Below are positions 29,266 to 38,878 of a stretch of 64,000 nucleotides of DNA, piece after piece (within the stretch, counting starts at the first letter, position 1; each line of letters opens with the position of its first letter). Position numbers and translations under genes: made by a program. Origin of the DNA: an uncultured Candidatus Saccharibacteria bacterium (GTDB lineage Bacteria > Patescibacteriota > CALEFQ01); the NCBI GenBank assembly GCA_965230955.1, contig OZ246404.1:417184-481183 (forward strand), read 5' to 3'. The notes under the pieces were generated by a model that did not search any database, was not told where the DNA came from, and worked only from the letters and a program-made list of their open reading frames with translations.

Positions 29266-29550
29266 CTACATCTGAATTTCGCCGCTTTGCATTTTGCGGA
29301 TCATCAGATTTTTCAGTTCCTTACTGCACTGCTCGAAAGATTCTTTGACCGCGTTTTGCAGCTGCTCTTGGTTTTCCGGAGTGAGCAGCGAGCTGTCAAT
29401 AAAAACTTCTTGTATCTCTTGGTTGCCGTCCATAGTGATCCGGACCAAGCCGCGAACCGCTTCGCCGGTAATAGTCTCGGCGGCGAGTGATTTTTTGATG
29501 GTGTTGGCTTGAGCGCGGAGGTTGTTGAGGTTTTTTAGTTGGTCAAACAT
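29266..29550 (-). CDS. ybaB: Nucleoid-associated protein YbaB/EbfC
   Basis: A 94-aa protein with the family-typical MFDQLKNLNNLRAQA N-terminus; sits upstream of recR as in many bacteria. Confidence 0.8.
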   Translation of the reverse strand: MFDQLKNLNNLRAQANTIKKSLAAETITGEAVRGLVRITMDGNQEIQEVFIDSSLLTPENQEQLQNAVKESFEQCSKELKNLMIRKMQSGEIQM

Positions 29551-29615
29551 CTTAAATAAGATATTAAGAATATTAAGATATTAAGAAAATTAAGACGTTA
29601 AGAGATTAATAGATA
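29551..29615. repeat. Tandem degenerate 7-mer repeats (ATTAAGA)n in the dnaB-ybaB intergenic spacer
   Basis: AAGATATTAAGAATATTAAGATATTAAGAAAATTAAGACGTTAAGAGATTAAT seen in sequence. Confidence 0.6.
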
Positions 29616-30962
29616 TTACTTTTGGTTTTTGGCGAGATTTTCGAAGCGGATGCTGTTATCGCGAAAATACATTTCAACTTGTCCGGTCGGGCCATTGCGA
29701 TGTTTGGAAACTATCACATCGGCGATATGTTTGCGGTCGGTGTCGGGATTTTCGCGCTCTTCGCGATAAATAAATAACACGACGTCGGCATCCTGCTCGA
29801 TCGATCCGCTTTCGCGCAAATCGGATAGTTTGGGAATTTGGGGCGAGCGGGATTCGACAGCACGGCTGAGCTGGGAGAGGGCTAAAACCGGAACATTCAG
29901 TTCGCGCGCCAAGCCTTTGAGGGCGCGGGATATTTCAGAAACTTCTTGGACACGATTGTCCGGGTTGCTGCCTTCCATCAGTTGCAAGTAGTCAATGACG
30001 ATGAAACCCAGGTTTTGCTCAAGCTGGAGCCGCCGGGCTTTGGTCCTGATTTCCATGACATTACTGCTGGCGCTATCGTCAATATAGATAGGTGCGTCGG
30101 ACAAGCGTCCCATGGCATCGCCGATCCGGGCGAAATCATCATCCACTCCGGAGTTGCCGAGTTTCCCGGTGCGCATTTTCCAGCTGTCGACTTTGGCTTC
30201 GGAGCACAGTAGACGATCGACCAGCTGCTCTTTGGACATTTCCAAGCTGAAGATGCCGACCGGAACTTTTTCGTTGACCGCGATATGGCGGACGAAATCA
30301 AGCGCCAGGGCGGTTTTTCCGACCGAGGGGCGGGCGGCCAATATAATCAGGTCGGATTTTTGGAGTCCGGACAGGATATTGTCGAGATCCTTGAAGCCGG
30401 TCGGTAAACCGCGTAATTTCCCGCTGGATTTATGGAGATCATCTATCCGATCAAAAGCTTCGACTAAGATGTCTTTTAGCGGTATAAAACGTTCTTTTAA
30501 ATATTTTTGGGAAACGGAAAATAGTTTTTGTTCGGCTTGATCGAGCGTTTTGGCGATTTCCTCGTCTTCGCGAAATCCCAGGGTCCCAATATGGTTGGCG
30601 GCGCCAATAAGTCGCCGAAGAGTCGATTTATCGCTGACAATTTTAGCGTAATGGGTGATATTGCTGGCGGTCGGGACGACATTGACCAGCCGGGTTATAC
30701 TGGTTGAGCCGCCCACGGTTTCCAGCTGCTTTTTTTCCTTGAGCTTGTTGGACAAACTCAAAACATCGATCGGGTCGCGGTGTTCATACAGGTCCAGCAT
30801 AGCTTCATAAACCAGGCGATGGGCGTCTTTGTAAAAATCACTCGGTTCGATCTGGTCGGCGATCTTTACGATGGCGTCTTTGTCCAACATAATAGAGCCG
30901 AGGAGCGATTCTTCGGCCTCGATATTTTGCGGCGGTAATCGATTGGCGTTGTTTGATTCCAT
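29616..30962 (-). CDS. dnaB: Replicative DNA helicase DnaB
   Basis: An N-terminal domain (NIEAEESLLGSIM) and a RecA-like core with Walker A (GARPSVGKTA) and Walker B (FIVIDYLQLM). Confidence 0.9.
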   Translation of the reverse strand: MESNNANRLPPQNIEAEESLLGSIMLDKDAIVKIADQIEPSDFYKDAHRLVYEAMLDLYEHRDPIDVLSLSNKLKEKKQLETVGGSTSITRLVNVVPTASNITHYAKIVSDKSTLRRLIGAANHIGTLGFREDEEIAKTLDQAEQKLFSVSQKYLKERFIPLKDILVEAFDRIDDLHKSSGKLRGLPTGFKDLDNILSGLQKSDLIILAARPSVGKTALALDFVRHIAVNEKVPVGIFSLEMSKEQLVDRLLCSEAKVDSWKMRTGKLGNSGVDDDFARIGDAMGRLSDAPIYIDDSASSNVMEIRTKARRLQLEQNLGFIVIDYLQLMEGSNPDNRVQEVSEISRALKGLARELNVPVLALSQLSRAVESRSPQIPKLSDLRESGSIEQDADVVLFIYREERENPDTDRKHIADVIVSKHRNGPTGQVEMYFRDNSIRFENLAKNQK

Positions 30963-31053
30963 AAACTTCTTTTTAGTATATCACAGGATTTGAGCGCGAC
31001 AAGGGTCGGCGGTAGGCGGGTTTTTGCCCACCTTGCCCACTTTCTTGTGCACA

Positions 31054-31081
31054 TTGACAAAGTACGAAAAACCTGTATAAT
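31054..31081 (+). promoter_or_regulatory. Consensus sigma70 promoter (TTGACA, 16-nt spacer, TATAAT) for the HD-domain gene
   Basis: Seen directly in sequence. Confidence 0.55.
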
Positions 31082-31131
31082 AAGGACAACTAAAGGCTTT
31101 TTGGTTTTTGGAGAAGAGTAATTAGAATAAC

Positions 31132-31668
31132 ATGCCTTATCGGATTGCCCGCTACATTCTGAATTTTTTTCATGCGGTTGAGCATCGTTTTATCGCCCAA
31201 CCGGCGAAAAATGTGCTTAATCGTGAGATTGCCAGCCACCAGGAATTGGTGGCTGATTTGGTTCAGTTGCCGGCGGTGAAGTATACCAAGCGAGTGATGC
31301 ATCATCGCTACCATTCGCGATTTGATCATATGTTGCTATCGAGCAAGTTTGCTTATTACTTTGCTCAAAAAATCGGGGCGAATGTTTGGACCTGCGTTCG
31401 GGCGGCTGTTTTGCATGATGTCTGGACCCAGGGATATCAAGTTCAGCCCGCGGTCGATTTTGCGAAAAAAATCGGTGAAAGCCAGGCGGTACAAGACGCG
31501 ATTGCTTCGCACATGGTGCTGAATAAAGCTCCGCGCACTCGTGAGCAATGGGTGGTGGCTTTTGCCGATGAATGTGCTTGGGCGGTTGAATCTTTGGAAT
31601 TCTTGAAGCACGGCCTCCGTAATTTTTTCGGCTGGCTGGCGCAGGTATCGCCGGTCAATCTCAAATAA
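31132..31668 (+). CDS. HD-domain phosphohydrolase
   Basis: H..HD motif (VLHDVW) and a length of 178 aa. Confidence 0.55.
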   Translation: MPYRIARYILNFFHAVEHRFIAQPAKNVLNREIASHQELVADLVQLPAVKYTKRVMHHRYHSRFDHMLLSSKFAYYFAQKIGANVWTCVRAAVLHDVWTQGYQVQPAVDFAKKIGESQAVQDAIASHMVLNKAPRTREQWVVAFADECAWAVESLEFLKHGLRNFFGWLAQVSPVNLK

Positions 31669-31713
31669 TTTTTTATCGTTTTTCTTAACCGGATTTCCCG
31701 ACATTGGCTCGGA

Positions 31714-32712
31714 TCAAAGTCGGTCGGTTGTTTGCCTGATTTCATTCAAGATTGCTTTGATCTGTTCCAGAGTGTCTACTCGAACTAATTTTTGCCGCCA
31801 CCGGGCGGCATTTTTAAATCCTTTGATATACCAGGCGTAGTGCTTGCGCATTTCCGTAATGGCGCCGGCTTCATTGTGGCGATAAGCGATTTGCAGTTCC
31901 GTATGCTGGAGCATGGTGGCGAGAATCTCATTCAAGGCCGGTTGGAATTTCGGTTCTTTCAGTTTTTTGAAAATAAAGGGATTGCCCAGTGCCGCCTGGC
32001 CGATCAGGACGTATTTGGCGCCGGTCGTTTCTCGAACTTGATTGATGTCGATTGCGGTTCGCAGACCGCCGCTGACAATGATCGGGATAGAGACATGTTT
32101 TGATACTTCAGCGACGGCTGAATAGTCTAGGGGGCCGGTGAAAAATTGTTTTCTCAGCCTCGGGTGGATAATAAGCGCGTCGATCCCGGCCTGTTCGAGC
32201 TTGGGAGCTAAAGTCAGAATGGTCGGCTCTCCATTACCGAGCCTGGTTTTGGCCGAGAGAGGAGTCTGTTTTATTGCCGACTTCACGGCTCGAATGATTT
32301 TTACCGCTAAATCGGGTTTATCCATCAGGGCGACGCCGCTGCCGCTGTTAACCACTTTTCGTACCGGACAGCCCATATTTATATCGATTCCGTCGGGCTG
32401 GAATTTTTCGACGAGTATTTTCGCGGCTTGCGCCATCTCGGCCGGATCATGGCCGAATAATTGGAGGATGATCGGGCGCTCATTTTGTTTGAATCGGCCG
32501 TACTCCAGGCTTTTGGAACCGGTTATCGTTTTTGGGTTTTCCAAATCCCACATTTCTTGGCTTTCGTTTCGGCAGATGCCGGTGGCGCTGATCATTTCAC
32601 TGAAAACAAAATCAGCTCCATATTTTTTACAGAGCTCTCGAAAGGGGGAGTCGGAAATACCCGCCAAGGGGGCGAGGCCGACGGCGTCAGGGGGGAGTTG
32701 GAGCCAAGGCAT
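31714..32712 (-). CDS. dus: tRNA-dihydrouridine synthase
   Basis: Dus TIM-barrel motifs (LAPLAGISDSPFR, GIDINMGCP, catalytic Cys). Confidence 0.8.
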   Translation of the reverse strand: MPWLQLPPDAVGLAPLAGISDSPFRELCKKYGADFVFSEMISATGICRNESQEMWDLENPKTITGSKSLEYGRFKQNERPIILQLFGHDPAEMAQAAKILVEKFQPDGIDINMGCPVRKVVNSGSGVALMDKPDLAVKIIRAVKSAIKQTPLSAKTRLGNGEPTILTLAPKLEQAGIDALIIHPRLRKQFFTGPLDYSAVAEVSKHVSIPIIVSGGLRTAIDINQVRETTGAKYVLIGQAALGNPFIFKKLKEPKFQPALNEILATMLQHTELQIAYRHNEAGAITEMRKHYAWYIKGFKNAARWRQKLVRVDTLEQIKAILNEIRQTTDRL

Positions 32713-32790
32713 AAGACAAGTAACAAGTAACAGCTAACAAGTAACCAAAAAGGATAATTCCAATTTGTTACCTGTTACTTGTTACTTGAT
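32713..32790. repeat. Intergenic palindrome built from tandem GTAACAAG-type 8-mers (dus/cysS spacer)
   Basis: CAAGTAACAAGTAACAGCTAACAAGTAAC...GTTACCTGTTACTTGTTACTTG form hairpin arms; the motif family is the same as at 40517-40603. Confidence 0.65.
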
Positions 32791-34212
32791 CTTCCAGTCC
32801 GTCCCTTGGGCGTTGTCCTTAATGGTTACGCCTTTATCCAGGAGTTTTTGCCGGATAGAATCAGCGGTCGCGAAATCTTTTTTGGCGCGGGCCGCTTGGC
32901 GGGAAGCGATCAATTTTTCGATTTCCATTTCGGAAATTTTTGCGATGCGCGGATAATAGTTCAGGAAAGCCAGGACTTTATCGAGCCGACGGAGCAAGTT
33001 CAGAATATTTACGGCGTCGGTCTTGGTCAGCTGGTCGGCATCGGCCAGGCGGTTGCCGTTTTTGGCCAGTTCAAAAATCGCATCCAGAGCTTTGGGGGTG
33101 TTTAGGTCGTTATCCAGTGATTCGCGGAATGATTCTTCCGTTTGCGCTATCAGTTCGTCAACTTCCGGGCTGGAGTTGCCGGTGTCGGTGATTTTCGTCA
33201 GCCGTTCTTTAAATTCCACCAGCCGGTTCAGTTTGGTGCGGGCATCGTCCAGTGCTTCCCAGGTGAAATTAAGCCGTGAGCGATAGTGGCCGCTGAAGAT
33301 AAAGAAACGATAAACCAGGGGATCGTAACCTTTTTCTTCCAAGTCGGCTAAAGTATAAATATTCCCTTTGGATTTGGACATTTTGTCCTGATTGATCAGC
33401 ACGAAATAAGAATGGACCCAGTAACGGGCGAATGGTTGCCCGGTGGCTGCCTCGCTTTGAGCGATCTCATTTTCATGGTGGGGAAAAATATGGTCTTCAC
33501 CGCCGGCATGGATATCCATGGTGGTATCAAGGTATTTCATGCTCATGGCGGAACACTCTATATGCCAACCCGGGTATCCTTTGCCCCAGGGAGAATCCCA
33601 TTGCATCAGATGATCTTTTGGGGCGTGCAGCCACAAAGCAAAATCGCCCGGGTGCTTTTTGTCGGGGTGGGCTTCGAGGCGCAGTCCGGTTGTTATTTTA
33701 TCCGGTGTCTGTCCGGAAAGTTTTCCGTACTCTTTGAACTTGGCAATATCGAAAAAAACATTCCCTTTTATTTCGTAGGCAAATCCTTGGTCGACCAGTG
33801 ATTTGATCAGTTTGATCATTTCCGGTATGTGTTTGGTGGCCTGGGGATATTTATGGGCGTGTTCAATCTGGAGTTTATCGATATCGGCCATAAAACTTTG
33901 CGTGTAAAACTCGGCAATTTGAGCCGGGGTTTTTCGCTCAGCTTTGGCGGATTTGATCATTTTTTCTTCACCGCTATCGGCATCATCGGTGAGATGTCCC
34001 ACATCAGTAATGTTCATGATATGACGCACTTCATAGCCGCTATATTCCAGAAAGCGTCTCAAAAAATCCTCTCTCAGGAAAGTTGCAAAATTGCCGATAT
34101 GCGCAAAAAGATAAACGGTTGGTCCGCAGGTGTAAATTTTCACCTTGCCTTTTTCCAAAGGTGTGAACGGCTCAATTTTTTTCGTTAAGGTGTTGTATAG
34201 TTTTAGGGCCAT
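32782..34212 (-). CDS. cysS: Cysteine--tRNA ligase
   Basis: Class I HIGH (AHIGN) and KMSKS motifs; the N-terminus MALKLYNTLT is typical of CysRS. Confidence 0.9.
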   Translation of the reverse strand: MALKLYNTLTKKIEPFTPLEKGKVKIYTCGPTVYLFAHIGNFATFLREDFLRRFLEYSGYEVRHIMNITDVGHLTDDADSGEEKMIKSAKAERKTPAQIAEFYTQSFMADIDKLQIEHAHKYPQATKHIPEMIKLIKSLVDQGFAYEIKGNVFFDIAKFKEYGKLSGQTPDKITTGLRLEAHPDKKHPGDFALWLHAPKDHLMQWDSPWGKGYPGWHIECSAMSMKYLDTTMDIHAGGEDHIFPHHENEIAQSEAATGQPFARYWVHSYFVLINQDKMSKSKGNIYTLADLEEKGYDPLVYRFFIFSGHYRSRLNFTWEALDDARTKLNRLVEFKERLTKITDTGNSSPEVDELIAQTEESFRESLDNDLNTPKALDAIFELAKNGNRLADADQLTKTDAVNILNLLRRLDKVLAFLNYYPRIAKISEMEIEKLIASRQAARAKKDFATADSIRQKLLDKGVTIKDNAQGTDWKIK

Positions 34213-34344
34213 GTTAGGGCTTATTTATGCGGTTGATTGATTCTATGTTATCACGACAATTGGGGTTTCGCAAACAACTCGATTTGTGTTATACTAAACA
34301 CAGTTTAAATCTTAATCCAAACAGCGTTTGGAATGTTTAATAAT

Positions 34345-34824
34345 ATGGCTACGCCTCTTATCCCCAGCCGGCCGCCGCAACGTGAAGTTTTTTCCGAAAC
34401 TTCTTCATTGGATACGTCCGAAAAAACACCGCGGGACGTTGCCGCCGAAACGACCGAGACTCCAGAAGTTACGCCAGAGACCGTCGAGGCGTCGGCTGAT
34501 GCCGCTATTGCATCCAAAAAAGAGGAGATAAAAGCCGAACCGGTCGCAGAAAGTCTGTCGGCGTCAGCCGGGCCTGTTCCGGCTCCGGTTAAAACACCCA
34601 AGGTCGGCGGTTATGTCAGCGCGGCCGATCTGAAAAATTTAGAGAGCTTGCCCCGGGCCGAGCAGGTGAAATATTTGACCGAGATTGTTTATCAAAAAGG
34701 ATTGGATCGAGCCATCACGACGGTGAAAAATTTAAACGACCCGTATTTGCTCGATTTACTGCATGATACTTTGGTCACGGAATTGTTTCAAAAACTAAAA
34801 GGCCCCCGAGTAAACGAAAAATAA
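34345..34824 (+). CDS. Hypothetical acidic low-complexity protein, upstream partner of the TraD-like ATPase
   Basis: Ser/Glu/Thr/Pro-rich N-terminal half and a C-terminal alpha-helical region. Its stop lies 2 nt before the next start, so the two genes are probably translationally coupled. Confidence 0.45.
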   Translation: MATPLIPSRPPQREVFSETSSLDTSEKTPRDVAAETTETPEVTPETVEASADAAIASKKEEIKAEPVAESLSASAGPVPAPVKTPKVGGYVSAADLKNLESLPRAEQVKYLTEIVYQKGLDRAITTVKNLNDPYLLDLLHDTLVTELFQKLKGPRVNEK

Positions 34825-34826
34825 AC

Positions 34827-37331
34827 ATGAATTTTTTGTGGCTTCAGAATATCGATACCGATCCCGCCGCCATGGGGTGGCTGGCCTTTATTGGTTTTAT
34901 TCTGTTGGCGGCCGGCGTGGTTTTGTTGTATCTGTATCGCCATCGAGTCACTCTTCATGATTTACTGGATACGGTTTTGCTGGAGGTGACTTTGCCGAAA
35001 GAATTTTCCGAAAAAGAGGAAGAGGCGAAAAAACAAGAAAAAGAGTTGATCTCTGTCGGGGAGCAGTTTTACGCCTCGCTTGGTTCGCTTATTTCCAAGC
35101 GGCAGCCTTTTATGTCGCCTTCGGTGCATTTTTCTTTGGAGATTGCCGCCTACGACAAGCAAATCTTTTTTTACGTCAATACTCCGCGCCGGTATAAAGA
35201 ATATGTCGAGCGTACGATTCATGCCCAATATGCGAAGGCGGTCATCGAAGAGGTGTCTGATTACAATATTTTTTCTTCGCATGGAGTAGCGGCCGCGACG
35301 GAGATGAAATTGCGCGATCATTCCATGTTGCCTATAAAAACTTATCAAAAGCTTGAATCTGATCCGCTGAGCATGATGACGACGGCTTTCAGTAAATTGG
35401 GTACTAATGAGGGGGCGGCGCTGCAAATCGTTTTTCGGCGGGCGCCTCGCGGTTGGCGCAATAAGGGCTTGAAATTGGCGAAAAAAATGGTTGAAGGTAA
35501 AAGTCCCCAACGATTCGGAGAATCAGCTTCGGAATTCGGACAATCTTTTGGAAAGGAGTGGGGCAAATTGTCCGGGACGGATGATCCCAATAGGATGAAT
35601 AATCCATATGAGAACATGCCTCGGCTCACTCCCGGAGAAGAGGAAAAGGTAAAGGGCATAGAAGAAAAAGCGAACAAAACTGCTTTTGAAGTACGGATTC
35701 GCCTGGTGGCATCGGCTCCAACTCTCGAGGCTGCGCAAAATAATCTGAACAGCTTGATAAATTCCTTTTCCCAATTTGATGTTCCCGAAGGTAATGGTTT
35801 CAAAGACAAAAAATTTATCAATCAGCGCCGAGTGGTAAATGATTATATTTTTCGTAATTTCGGCTGGCCGACTCATTACTACCTGAATACCGAAGAAATG
35901 ACCTCGCTGTTTCATTTCCCGATTCGGACCACCGAGACGCCAACGATCAAGCGTCTGGAGGCCAAGCAGGCGCCGGCGCCGGCCAATACCCCGCAGGAGG
36001 GTATGCCCTTGGGCTTGAATATTTACCGCGGCGTCAAGAAAGACGCCCATCTCAAAGACGAAGATGCCATGAGGCATCTCTATATCGTAGGTAAGACCGG
36101 TATGGGTAAAACCGCCCTGATTGTCAATTTGGCCGCCTATCACATCAAGAAAGGGCGCGGGGTATGTATTATTGATCCCCACGGAGATTTGATCGAAGAT
36201 ACATTGGCGACGATGCCACGCGAGCGCGCCGATGACGTGATAATTTTTGATCCAAGCGATACCGATCGTCCGGTGGGACTAAATATGCTTGATTATGATC
36301 GCAATCATCCGGAGCAAAAAGATTTTGTAGTCGGGGAAATGATCAGGATTTTCGAAAAACTTTTCCCGCCGGAGATGATCGGACCGATGTTTGAACACAA
36401 CATGCGCAATGTCATGCTGACCTTACTCGAAGACGAAGAAAATCCCGGAACGATTGTTGATATCCCGCGGATGTTTACCGATGAAGCATATCAGCGCTAC
36501 AAGCTTCGTTTTGTCAAAGATCCGCTGGTTCGCTCTTTCTGGGAAAAAGAAATGGCGAAAACTTCCGATTTCCATAAATCGGAAATGCTGGGCTATCTGG
36601 TCAGCAAGGTTGGGCGTTTCGTGGAAAATAGCATGATGCGGAATATAATCGGCCAGACCCATTCATCTTTTGATATTCGAGAAGTGATGGATCAGAAAAA
36701 AATATTACTGGTAAATCTTTCCAAGGGCAAAACCGGAGAAATAAACAGTTCTCTCTTGGGCTTGATCTTGGTTTCCAAAATGCAAATGGCCGCGCTGAGT
36801 CGAGCGGATACGACTTCCGGCGAGCGGAATGATTTCTTTTTACTGATTGATGAATTTCAGAACTTCGTGACGGAAAGTATCGCGACTATTTTGTCCGAAG
36901 CGCGCAAATATCGCTTGTCATTGACCATGGCGCACCAGTATGTGGCTCAGCTGGCGGAAAAAAGCGAAGCGGTTCGCGATGCCGTTTTTGGAAATGTCGG
37001 CACGATTCTGGCGATGCGTGTTGGCGCGCCGGATGCGGAGTTTTTAGAAAGTGAATTTGTCCCGACTTTTGATCGATACGATTTGCAAAATGTCGATAAA
37101 TTCAATGCCTACGTCAAAATGCTGATCGATAATAAGGCGACCAAGCCTTTTAACGTCAGATTATATCCTCCGCCGACCAATCGTAACCCGCGGGCGGCGG
37201 AACTGATAAAGCAAATTTCTCGCCTGAAATACGGCAAAGAGCGGTCTCTGGTGGAAAAGGATATCGGTCGACGGATGAAATTGGGAGAGCCGGCTCGCAG
37301 GCCTGATTTGGCGATGGGCAGTTTTAGGTAA
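34827..37331 (+). CDS. TraD/VirD4/TrwB-like type IV coupling-protein family ATPase (membrane-anchored, 834 aa)
   Basis: N-terminal TM helix, Walker A YIVGKTGMGKTAL, Walker B FFLLIDEFQNF, and a large inserted all-alpha region before the ATPase. The architecture fits coupling-protein / FtsK-HerA superfamily members. Confidence 0.6.
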   Translation: MNFLWLQNIDTDPAAMGWLAFIGFILLAAGVVLLYLYRHRVTLHDLLDTVLLEVTLPKEFSEKEEEAKKQEKELISVGEQFYASLGSLISKRQPFMSPSVHFSLEIAAYDKQIFFYVNTPRRYKEYVERTIHAQYAKAVIEEVSDYNIFSSHGVAAATEMKLRDHSMLPIKTYQKLESDPLSMMTTAFSKLGTNEGAALQIVFRRAPRGWRNKGLKLAKKMVEGKSPQRFGESASEFGQSFGKEWGKLSGTDDPNRMNNPYENMPRLTPGEEEKVKGIEEKANKTAFEVRIRLVASAPTLEAAQNNLNSLINSFSQFDVPEGNGFKDKKFINQRRVVNDYIFRNFGWPTHYYLNTEEMTSLFHFPIRTTETPTIKRLEAKQAPAPANTPQEGMPLGLNIYRGVKKDAHLKDEDAMRHLYIVGKTGMGKTALIVNLAAYHIKKGRGVCIIDPHGDLIEDTLATMPRERADDVIIFDPSDTDRPVGLNMLDYDRNHPEQKDFVVGEMIRIFEKLFPPEMIGPMFEHNMRNVMLTLLEDEENPGTIVDIPRMFTDEAYQRYKLRFVKDPLVRSFWEKEMAKTSDFHKSEMLGYLVSKVGRFVENSMMRNIIGQTHSSFDIREVMDQKKILLVNLSKGKTGEINSSLLGLILVSKMQMAALSRADTTSGERNDFFLLIDEFQNFVTESIATILSEARKYRLSLTMAHQYVAQLAEKSEAVRDAVFGNVGTILAMRVGAPDAEFLESEFVPTFDRYDLQNVDKFNAYVKMLIDNKATKPFNVRLYPPPTNRNPRAAELIKQISRLKYGKERSLVEKDIGRRMKLGEPARRPDLAMGSFR

Positions 37332-37535
37332 AGGGCTGTGGCGGACTGACGAAGTAATGTCAAATAATAAATAACAAATATCAAATAAAATTCAAATCCC
37401 AATTTAGGAATACTGTTTTCCGAATTGGAGCTTGAATTTTATTGGATATTTGATATTCTTTCCCCCCTTCTTGCCAAATATTTTCGTTTATGATAGGGTA
37501 TTGATACCCAGATAACTTCATACCAAAACAAAAAC

Positions 37536-38201
37536 ATGGAAAATGATAAGCTGTCTTTAGTTAAACAGCGCTTGGAAAGTGCTGAAAAAAGTGTTGCCTC
37601 AGCTCGAAAACTCTTAGAAGATCTGATGAACGGCGTCGGTGTCGACAAGGATTTTAGCGTTGAAAAAATGGCGGAAGGCTTGACCATTGATAAAGAATCT
37701 CGGGTGATTGAGGGCGTTTTTGACGGCGAAAGCATGATGGGACCGGACAAAAATCGCTATCCCGTTCCGGCCAACTATGCCAGTAAATCAAAATTAATCG
37801 AAGGTGATATTTTGAAGCTTACCATTGCCGGCGATGGATCGTTTATTTACAAACAGATCGGTCCGGCGGAGCGGCGCAAGGTCATCGGCAAGCTAGAAAA
37901 AATTCCCGGTGGGGCTTTTCAGGTGGTGGCACCGGAAGGCAAATTTCGAGTATTGCTGGCCAGCGTGACTTATTTCCAGGCGACGGAAGGAGATGATATA
38001 ACCTTGATAATTCCTAAAAATTCCAAATCGGTTTGGGGAGCAGTGGAGAATGTTATTAAGGCTGGAGTCGCTTCCGGGCACGAGGAAAAGAAGCACAAGA
38101 ATAAAGAAAAGGAATTAAAAGAATTGGAACATTCGGCTAATGAAAGTTTGTCGGATCGTTTTGATAACTTAGACGAGTTAGACGGCTTATCCAAAATCTA
38201 A
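37536..38201 (+). CDS. Hypothetical protein (N-terminal coiled-coil, Lys-rich C-terminus)
   Basis: No recognisable motif; only the ORF is supported. Confidence 0.4.
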   Translation: MENDKLSLVKQRLESAEKSVASARKLLEDLMNGVGVDKDFSVEKMAEGLTIDKESRVIEGVFDGESMMGPDKNRYPVPANYASKSKLIEGDILKLTIAGDGSFIYKQIGPAERRKVIGKLEKIPGGAFQVVAPEGKFRVLLASVTYFQATEGDDITLIIPKNSKSVWGAVENVIKAGVASGHEEKKHKNKEKELKELEHSANESLSDRFDNLDELDGLSKI

Positions 38202-38743
38202 TGGAAGCATATTCATCGGTGAATTCAACTCCAGTCGAGCGACCGAGAAAAACGCTGGGTCAGATCTGGCGTTTTGTGGTTATCGGCTTCATGAACATGT
38301 TCATCGATTTGGCGGTGCTGAATCTGTTGATTTGGATTTCCGGAACCGGGCGTACCGGTATTTGGTACTCGGTATTTAAAGCGATGTCTTTCACGATTGC
38401 CGTGGTTAACAGTTATTATTTTAATCGTCGGTGGGTTTTCAGGGGGTTGGAAGGCAAGAAAGTCGCTATCGAGTTTTCTAAATTTATCATTGTCAGTATT
38501 ATCGGGGCGTTTGTTAATGTCGGCGCGGCATCGCTGGTGGCGAATTTCCAAGCTCCGCTCACATCTTTTTTCCAGGCGATTCCCGGGATTAAGCAATTAT
38601 TTGATTGGGGAGTAGCTCTACTCGGAAGAATCACCACTGACGCCTGGGCGACAGTGGGCGGATTGTTTGGTTCGGCGGCGGGACTGATCTGGAATTTCGT
38701 CGGTTACAAATTCTTGGTGTTCATAAAGAAAAGTAAAACGTAA
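38201..38743 (+). CDS. GtrA-family membrane protein (polysaccharide/glycan synthesis accessory)
   Basis: Four TM helices with the conserved NRRWVF motif (the N-R/K-x-W-x-F GtrA signature). Confidence 0.65.
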   Translation: MEAYSSVNSTPVERPRKTLGQIWRFVVIGFMNMFIDLAVLNLLIWISGTGRTGIWYSVFKAMSFTIAVVNSYYFNRRWVFRGLEGKKVAIEFSKFIIVSIIGAFVNVGAASLVANFQAPLTSFFQAIPGIKQLFDWGVALLGRITTDAWATVGGLFGSAAGLIWNFVGYKFLVFIKKSKT

Positions 38744-38803
38744 AACGAAAAACGTAAAAACGGGCGAATGCCATAATTTTACGTTTTATGTTTTACGTTT
38801 TTA
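38735..38803. repeat. Intergenic palindrome built from tandem CGTAAAA 7-mers
   Basis: AAACGTAAAACGAAAAACGTAAAAACG...TTTTACGTTTTATGTTTTACGTTTTT seen in sequence. Confidence 0.6.
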
Positions 38804-38878
38804 ATTATCGTTTCTCGCCAGATTGCCCTTGATCGACCGTGTTGGTTATGATACGATAAGCATAATTAAGTCGCTATT

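Noticed and set aside
29551-29615. Possible CRISPR-like array (tandem ATTAAGA repeats)
   Set aside because: The repeats are 7-8 nt with no unique spacers and no cas genes in the window, so this is a simple-sequence repeat.
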